From: an uncultured Gammaproteobacteria bacterium
GTDB lineage: Bacteria > Patescibacteriota > Microgenomatia > Woykebacterales > RBG-16-39-9b
Length of the DNA: 64,000 nt
Direction of reading: 5' to 3'
Assembly: GCA_965231125.1 (NCBI GenBank)
Contig: OZ246414.1
Span: forward strand, 448,137-512,136
Positions 28,446-34,133 of this stretch are shown piece by piece; the stretch's first letter is position 1, and every line of letters starts with the position of its first letter. The position numbers were made by a program, and so were the translations under genes. The notes beneath the pieces are model-generated. The model did not search any database, was not told the DNA's origin, and saw only the letters and a program-made list of their open reading frames with translations.

Positions 28446-28958
28446 ATGTCCGAACCCACCGTTGAAGAAGTTTTAAGCCTTAGTGACGAGTCTAAACCTC
28501 AGAAAAAATCCTCGGTAGTATCGGTAATTCTCGCGCTATTCTTAATACCTCCGCTTGGAATCGCCATGGTTTGGAAGCAAAGAGAGCACCACCGTCTTTA
28601 TGCTTTGTATACAATAGTCTCAGGAATCCTAAATTTACTACTTGGTTTTTCTGTCTACGGGTTTATCCGCGATCTCCCCGTCTTGTATAAAGGGCTCGGA
28701 GTAGGGGCGAGTGAGCCTAACTTAATTTACCAACTAATACTGCCTGTTTTATTTGGTCTGCTACAGGTAGCACTTGGTTATGTATCTTTCAAAAAAGCCA
28801 AAAGCGCTGGTTTTCTGTCCACGGGTTGGTTAGTCTGGTTGACGGCTCTTGCCGCCATTAACATCTTAATAGGTCCGGTACTAGCCGGCTCAATATTTTT
28901 TTCAGTACTTGGGACGATTTATAATAACGCGAGTAGCGCATACAACGTTCCTTATTAA
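28446..28958 (+). CDS. hypothetical polytopic membrane protein (about 4 TM)
   Basis: Hydrophobic segments; no recognisable motif. Confidence 0.4.
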   Translation: MSEPTVEEVLSLSDESKPQKKSSVVSVILALFLIPPLGIAMVWKQREHHRLYALYTIVSGILNLLLGFSVYGFIRDLPVLYKGLGVGASEPNLIYQLILPVLFGLLQVALGYVSFKKAKSAGFLSTGWLVWLTALAAINILIGPVLAGSIFFSVLGTIYNNASSAYNVPY

Positions 28959-28995
28959 CTGCGCGAACACCGCAACCTCTAGTAAAGTTTGACAG

Positions 28996-29024
28996 TTGAC
29001 AGAAAAGCTTTTCGCCCGTATATT
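28996..29024 (+). promoter_or_regulatory. sigma70-like promoter upstream of paralog D
   Basis: Tandem TTGACAGTTGACAG; TTGACA at 28996-29001, 17-nt spacer, TATATT at 29019-24. Confidence 0.35.
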
Positions 29025-29188
29025 TTAAGGGTGCCAGAAGAACCGAATAAAGAGTACCAAAAACCAGAAAAAGGCTACTCCAAAAACAAATTTTGGCGCT
29101 ATTTAATAATCTACATCATAGTTGGAATTATTATTTACGCTATCGCCTATTTCCTTTTCCTTCACAAAGGTTCTAGCGCATATTAAAT

Positions 29189-29986
29189 ATGGATGATGTT
29201 CCTGGTCAAACTCCAAATCAAACTCCACCGGCACCAAAAGTGGATCAATCAGGAAGTGCCGGCATTTCTTGGGGCAAAATAGTTTTAACTGTCGCAATTA
29301 TCCTCGCGGTCACCGCTGCCCTTGCCGGTGGGTATTGGTACTTGGTTCTTAACAAATCGGAAAGTAACGTTAACACCGCGCCAATCAAAGTCTCCACACC
29401 CAGCGCGAAAGTCTCCACAAAATCCGCCACACCCTCCGCCAAAAAAGTCGATACATCTGATTGGAAAACATACAAGGGTAGAACAGATGGGTTCTCGCAA
29501 TTTGGATTTAAATACCCACCGACATGGCTATCAGGAGACCCAACCATCGGTTCTCCGTACAATATCGCTACTGGCAATAAAGATTACTACGTGGGAGAAG
29601 GGTGCCCTGAGCATTTTGCCCAAGATGGAGAGGCCTTTTTGAGAGCGGACTCTGATTATGTAGATACAGAGACAAGTCTTTCTGCGTTCGTATATGACCA
29701 AAGAAAACACAATCCATTTACTGATCCCGCAACTCGCGTTGAGGAAAGGACTCTCAAGATTGGTGGCCGAGAAGCGATGGAATTTATCTACACCAATGGT
29801 AATACTAAACAACCCGAAAAAGCGCTTGGTTGTTCATCACTAAGGAAAACAGATGTTGTTGTTAAAGTAGTTACAATAGAAAAAAATGGTAAAAAATTCT
29901 GGATTGATTTTAGGTATTCAACAAAAGGAAGTAATAGTTATGCTTCTATTTTTGAAGCCATTCTTTCAACCTTCAAATTCCTCTAA
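29189..29986 (+). CDS. membrane-anchored secreted protein, paralog family member D (C-terminal ...AILSTFKFL)
   Basis: MDDVPGQTPNQTPPAPK N-terminus, TM, STPSAKVSTKSATPSAKKVD linker, TSDWKTY...KYP motif; 77-nt exact identity with member E. Confidence 0.5.
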   Translation: MDDVPGQTPNQTPPAPKVDQSGSAGISWGKIVLTVAIILAVTAALAGGYWYLVLNKSESNVNTAPIKVSTPSAKVSTKSATPSAKKVDTSDWKTYKGRTDGFSQFGFKYPPTWLSGDPTIGSPYNIATGNKDYYVGEGCPEHFAQDGEAFLRADSDYVDTETSLSAFVYDQRKHNPFTDPATRVEERTLKIGGREAMEFIYTNGNTKQPEKALGCSSLRKTDVVVKVVTIEKNGKKFWIDFRYSTKGSNSYASIFEAILSTFKFL

Positions 29987-29990
29987 CAAT

Positions 29991-30044
29991 TGTCATGCTG
30001 AATTTATTTCAGCATCTAGATCCTGAACCAAGTTCAGGATGACA
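29991..30044. terminator. double-hairpin element flanked by TGTCAT/ATGACA (probable bidirectional terminator)
   Basis: ATGCTGAA-TTTAT-TTCAGCAT at 29995-30015; ATCCTGAAC-CAA-GTTCAGGAT at 30020-30040; T-rich tail follows. Confidence 0.4.
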
Positions 30045-30086
30045 TCTTTGATTTTCAACCCAATCACACTATGTTAAAATCTCTTT

Positions 30087-30386
30087 GTGGTTAAGTATAA
30101 ATCAAAACTCGGTAAAGAAATCGAACTAACCGATGAACGTTTGGAACACATTTTAGCCTTCCACCCGGAAATAGCAGAACACCTAGATAAGTTCAGCGGG
30201 GTTTTGTTAAACCCCAATGAAATTAGAATTAGCCCAACCGACAAGAAAGTGTTGCTGTTTCATAAAAGATTTGGTAATATTGAAGCTGGAAAGTATTTGA
30301 GGATTGCTGTTGAAACTAACGAGCGTTGGTTTATACTTACGGTATATTTAACAAACAGATTGGTAGGTGAGGTTTATGATCTCTAA
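30087..30386 (+). CDS. small protein, possible DUF4258-like toxin partner of a TA-like pair
   Basis: 99 aa, overlaps the downstream DUF2283-like gene by 20 nt; ...WFILTVYLTNRL tail resembles the DUF4258 C-terminus (from memory). Confidence 0.3.
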   Translation: MVKYKSKLGKEIELTDERLEHILAFHPEIAEHLDKFSGVLLNPNEIRISPTDKKVLLFHKRFGNIEAGKYLRIAVETNERWFILTVYLTNRLVGEVYDL

Positions 30387-30615
30387 GAACGTTTTGAACA
30401 TTTTGTATGATAAAGAAGCAGACGTGTTGTATGTGTCAAAGGGAAAGCCTTCAAAGGTGGACGCCTCTGATGAAGAAAAAGATGAGGTAGTTGTTCGACG
30501 TGACCCGGAAACTAAAGAAGTCCGGGGGTTGACTATTATTAACTTTTCTAAAAAAGCTGCAAATAAAACTCTACCAATAAAACTCCCCGCCGAAATTTCT
30601 TTAGAATCAGTTTAA
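30367..30615 (+). CDS. DUF2283-like small protein (putative antitoxin partner)
   Basis: LYDKEADVLYVSKGKP...RGLTIINFSK resembles the DUF2283 pattern (YD.EAD.LYI ... G.EI). Confidence 0.55.
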   Translation: MRFMISKNVLNILYDKEADVLYVSKGKPSKVDASDEEKDEVVVRRDPETKEVRGLTIINFSKKAANKTLPIKLPAEISLESV

Positions 30616-30631
30616 TCAATTTGGTAAAACC

Positions 30632-31258
30632 ATGCCTGAAACTCCGAATTCAATCCAAAATCCCACACCACAAACATCCGCAAATGGATTTTCTTGGTCG
30701 AAAGTAATTTTAACTGTTGTTATTATCGTGGCAGTCGTAGGAATTATCGGCGGAGCCTATTGGTACCTTGTTCTCAATAAATCGGAAAGTAACGTTAACA
30801 CCGCGCCAATCAAAGTCTCCACACCCAGCGCGAAAGTCTCCACAAAATCCGCCACTGCCTCCGCCAAAAAATCCGAAACCGCTGACTGGAAAACCTTTTC
30901 AGATTCCAAGATGGGCGTTTCTTTTAAATACCCTAGCCAATGGTTAGTAGAACCTTGTGATGAAGATTTTTCAGTCGGTCCGGAAGGATATCTTGGAACT
31001 TGTCATACTGAAAATGTTCCTCTAATTCGTATTGTCCAAAATCAATCATACTCACCAGCCGATACTTGCTCAGCGCAAGATAGGATAAACACAGAGTTGG
31101 GTGGTGAAACAGCAGTTAAATGTATTTATAAATCTACTTATGGTAAATTTACCGTTTACTACATAGCAAAGAAAAAAATTGCTATTTGGTACTACGATAA
31201 AGGTATCGATTACCAAAAAGAGTTCGATCAACTCGTTTCAACCTTCAAATTCCTTTAG
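30632..31258 (+). CDS. membrane-anchored secreted protein, paralog family member E (C-terminal ...LVSTFKFL)
   Basis: MPETPNSIQNPTPQTS N-terminus, TM, linker identical to member D over 77 nt, TADWKTF...KYP motif. Confidence 0.5.
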   Translation: MPETPNSIQNPTPQTSANGFSWSKVILTVVIIVAVVGIIGGAYWYLVLNKSESNVNTAPIKVSTPSAKVSTKSATASAKKSETADWKTFSDSKMGVSFKYPSQWLVEPCDEDFSVGPEGYLGTCHTENVPLIRIVQNQSYSPADTCSAQDRINTELGGETAVKCIYKSTYGKFTVYYIAKKKIAIWYYDKGIDYQKEFDQLVSTFKFL

Positions 31259-31509
31259 TAACATATTGACCCCACTTCGCGTAAAGCTTCGTGGGGCAAG
31301 CACTAAAAACCCCTTGACACTTCCTACCTGGTTACTGGTAAAATAATGGTGGGCCCCTAAAATCCGTCCATCCGCCAACCGGCGGAGCCGGACCCCTAAC
31401 GGAGGCCTTTTTTCATGGCAAAAAATGACCAGCCTCGACTAGACGTCAAGTCTAGGCGGGATACTAAGTATATATTCTATTTTCGAGTTTTACGAGAAAG
31501 CAAGAATGT

Positions 31510-33135
31510 ATGAGTGATACGAAATACATTTTTATATCTGGTGGTGTTATTTCCGGAATCGGAAAGGGTATCACCACCTCTTCACTAGCTGCTATTTTGC
31601 AATCCAAAGGTTTTAAAGTCTCCCCAGTAAAAATAGACATGTATTTGAATATAGACGCCGGGACCATTCGTCCGCAGGAGCACGGGGAAGTTTTTGTTAC
31701 TGATGATGGCATTGAGACAGATCAAGATCTGGGTCACTACGAGCGCTTCTTGGGGATGTCGCTTTCGAAGGTAAATTATATTACTACCGGTCAGGTCTAC
31801 CAAGAGGTTATTAGGAAAGAAAGAAGCTTTGAATATGACGGGGAAGATGTGGAGGCGATTCCGCATATAACCGACGAAATTATTCGCCGGATTAAACTTG
31901 CCGGCACAAGCAAAGGTGCCGATATAGTGTTGATTGAGCTTGGTGGTACAGTTGGCGAATACCAAAACTCTCTCTTCTTTGAAGCTTCCAGAATTCTTCA
32001 GCTCAAAAATCCCCAGACGGTTGCTCACGTGCACGTTGCCTATCTACCCATCCCAAAAAGCCTTGGCGAGATGAAATCCAAGCCAGCCCAACAATCGGTC
32101 CGAAGTTTAAACGAGATGGGGATTCAGCCGGATATTTTAGTCGGTCGGTCCGAACTGCCTATGGATGCAAGACGCAAAGAGCGCCTCGCTCTTTTTTGCA
32201 ACGTCCAGCCCGAAGACGTTATTTCAAACCCAGATGTAAGCTCAATTTACGAGGTACCCCTTATTTTAGGAAGTCAAAAAATGGGGGAGAGAGTTTTGGA
32301 AAAGCTGGGACTAGAAAGTAAAAAGAAAGATTTGTCCGAGTGGCGCGGACTGGTTGATAAAATTCACTCCTTAAAAAAGGAAGTAAAAATAGCCGTTGTT
32401 GGTAAATACTTTGCAACCGGAGATTTTCAACTCGAGGATGTCTACGTGTCGGTTATTGAAGCGCTTAAACACGGAGCTTGGAAGGCGAATGTTGTTCCCA
32501 AACTTTTCTGGATCGATTCCGATGAGTTTGAGAAAGGAGTGTCCCCGGAAAAAGTTTTAGGAGAAATGGACGGAGTTGTTGTTCCCGGAGGGTTTGGCTC
32601 TCGGGGAATTGAAGGGACGATAGAGGCAATTAAGTTTGCTAGGGAAGCTAAAAAACCGTACCTTGGGCTTTGCTACGGAATGCAACTTGCAACTGTGGAG
32701 TTTGCTCGCAATGTGGCTCGTCTCGAAGGAGCCCACACCACTGAGATTCGAAAGAACGCACCATACCAGGTAATTCATATAATGCCCGAGCAGGAAAAGT
32801 TGCTTGTAGGTAAGGAGTACGGTGGGACAATGCGGCTTGGATCGTTTCCGTGTAAGCTAAAGGCAGGCACAGTTGCAAGAGGTTCCTATGGGAAAGAAGT
32901 AATCCACGAGCGTCACCGTCACCGTTATGAATTCAACAACGAATACCGAGAAAGGCTAGAAGAAGCAGGGTTAGTAATTTCCGGGACGAGTTTGAATGGG
33001 AAACTTGTTGAAATGATTGAACTTTCTGATCATCCGTTTTTTGTTGGGACGCAGTTTCATCCCGAGTTTAAATCTAGCCCCTTGGTACCCCACCCTTTGT
33101 ACACGGCGTTTATTAGAGCGTGCTTGGAAAAATAA
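31510..33135 (+). CDS. pyrG: CTP synthase
   Basis: YIFISGGVISGIGKGITTSS N-terminus, C-terminal GATase (GLCYGMQ); 541 aa. Confidence 0.9.
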   Translation: MSDTKYIFISGGVISGIGKGITTSSLAAILQSKGFKVSPVKIDMYLNIDAGTIRPQEHGEVFVTDDGIETDQDLGHYERFLGMSLSKVNYITTGQVYQEVIRKERSFEYDGEDVEAIPHITDEIIRRIKLAGTSKGADIVLIELGGTVGEYQNSLFFEASRILQLKNPQTVAHVHVAYLPIPKSLGEMKSKPAQQSVRSLNEMGIQPDILVGRSELPMDARRKERLALFCNVQPEDVISNPDVSSIYEVPLILGSQKMGERVLEKLGLESKKKDLSEWRGLVDKIHSLKKEVKIAVVGKYFATGDFQLEDVYVSVIEALKHGAWKANVVPKLFWIDSDEFEKGVSPEKVLGEMDGVVVPGGFGSRGIEGTIEAIKFAREAKKPYLGLCYGMQLATVEFARNVARLEGAHTTEIRKNAPYQVIHIMPEQEKLLVGKEYGGTMRLGSFPCKLKAGTVARGSYGKEVIHERHRHRYEFNNEYRERLEEAGLVISGTSLNGKLVEMIELSDHPFFVGTQFHPEFKSSPLVPHPLYTAFIRACLEK

Positions 33136-33235
33136 TCCCCTATAAAATTGAGTATTATACATTCCCAAAACCATACACTATTATTATCACTATTTAGACC
33201 AGAAAGTAACGGTTGATAGAAAAAAGATTGATAGA

Positions 33236-33544
33236 TCAGAAGATAGAACTTTCAACAAAATCAGGGAAGGAAATTTTTTGGGAGTCTCTATCCTCCTTCT
33301 CGAATTTTCCTAAAATTTCTAAGATGCATCTAACTCCAGCCAAATTTACTCTTTTCCCGTTGGTCAGATAGCGGATAAATTGGAGAGTTTGAATGTCTTT
33401 TTGGGAGAAACGTCTCCGGTTAGTTTTAGTTCGATGAGGAATTACCAGACGTTCGTTTTCGTAGATCATTAAGGTTCTGGGGTGGACACCGATTATTTCG
33501 GCTGCAACTGACAAGGTAAACAAGGGTTTTCCTTTTGTATCCAT
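33236..33544 (-). CDS. MerR-family transcriptional regulator
   Basis: LSVAAEIIGVHPRTLMIYE helix-turn-helix typical of MerR/HspR; divergent from the KGG stress gene. Confidence 0.65.
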   Translation of the reverse strand: MDTKGKPLFTLSVAAEIIGVHPRTLMIYENERLVIPHRTKTNRRRFSQKDIQTLQFIRYLTNGKRVNLAGVRCILEILGKFEKEDRDSQKISFPDFVESSIF

Positions 33545-33752
33545 AAATCACTAAAAATATTACAATAGAAAGTAACATAAGGCAAGTGTTAAATTGTACC
33601 ATTTTATGTAATCTGGGCTACTTGACAAAAATTTGTAAAGATGTTAAATCAGGGTTGTAAGATTTTCTTGTAACGATTCGTATGAATATTCGAGCCAGTT
33701 CTTTAAGACGAAAATTTACAGGCACTAATTTACTTGAGAGGAGGTGAAGTAA

Positions 33753-34010
33753 ATGGCAATGACGACGGAAGAGGCGGGCCGTCGTGGCGGTTTAGCTGTT
33801 AAAAAAAAGTACGGACCAACATTTTATTCCGAAATTGGCCGCAAAGGTGGTCAGTCAACAAAGCGAAGCTACGGAGCCGATTTCTACTCCAAGATTGGCG
33901 AAAAGGGTGGGGAAGTGGTTAAAGAAAAACACGGCGTAGTTTTCTATTCCGATATTGGGAGGATGGGTGGACGGTCTCGCGCCCGCAAACAAATGAAGTT
34001 TGAGTTTTAA
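33753..34010 (+). CDS. KGG-repeat general stress protein (YciG/GsiB-like)
   Basis: Three repeats of G[GR][KR]GGxxxKxxYGxxFYSxIG; strong SD GGAGGTGA upstream. Confidence 0.6.
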   Translation: MAMTTEEAGRRGGLAVKKKYGPTFYSEIGRKGGQSTKRSYGADFYSKIGEKGGEVVKEKHGVVFYSDIGRMGGRSRARKQMKFEF

Positions 34011-34086
34011 TAGTCAGTTGGGGACTGTTGGTTCCCCCGAGCACTCGGGGGAGGAATTATTTGGTGGATAGGTGGCTAGTTTAAAT

Positions 34087-34115
34087 TAAATCGCTTGTTA
34101 AGCAGGCGATTTTTT
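34087..34115 (+). terminator. hairpin plus T-tract located 19 nt upstream of the ileS start (terminator or attenuator)
   Basis: AATCGCTTG-TTAA-GCAGGCGATT followed by TTTTTT; a GC-rich hairpin CCCCCGA-GCAC-TCGGGGG lies at about 34035-34054. Confidence 0.35.
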
Positions 34116-34133
34116 GGTTTAATTTAGCATGTC

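Noticed and set aside
28989-29186. 65-aa ORF with a C-terminal hydrophobic stretch immediately upstream of paralog D
   Set aside because: Its TTG start coincides with the -35 box of the best promoter candidate. Downstream of the predicted transcription start there is no in-frame ATG; only a GTG at 29031 right at the start site. It is likely a spurious ORF or untranslated leader, though a micro-protein cannot be excluded.
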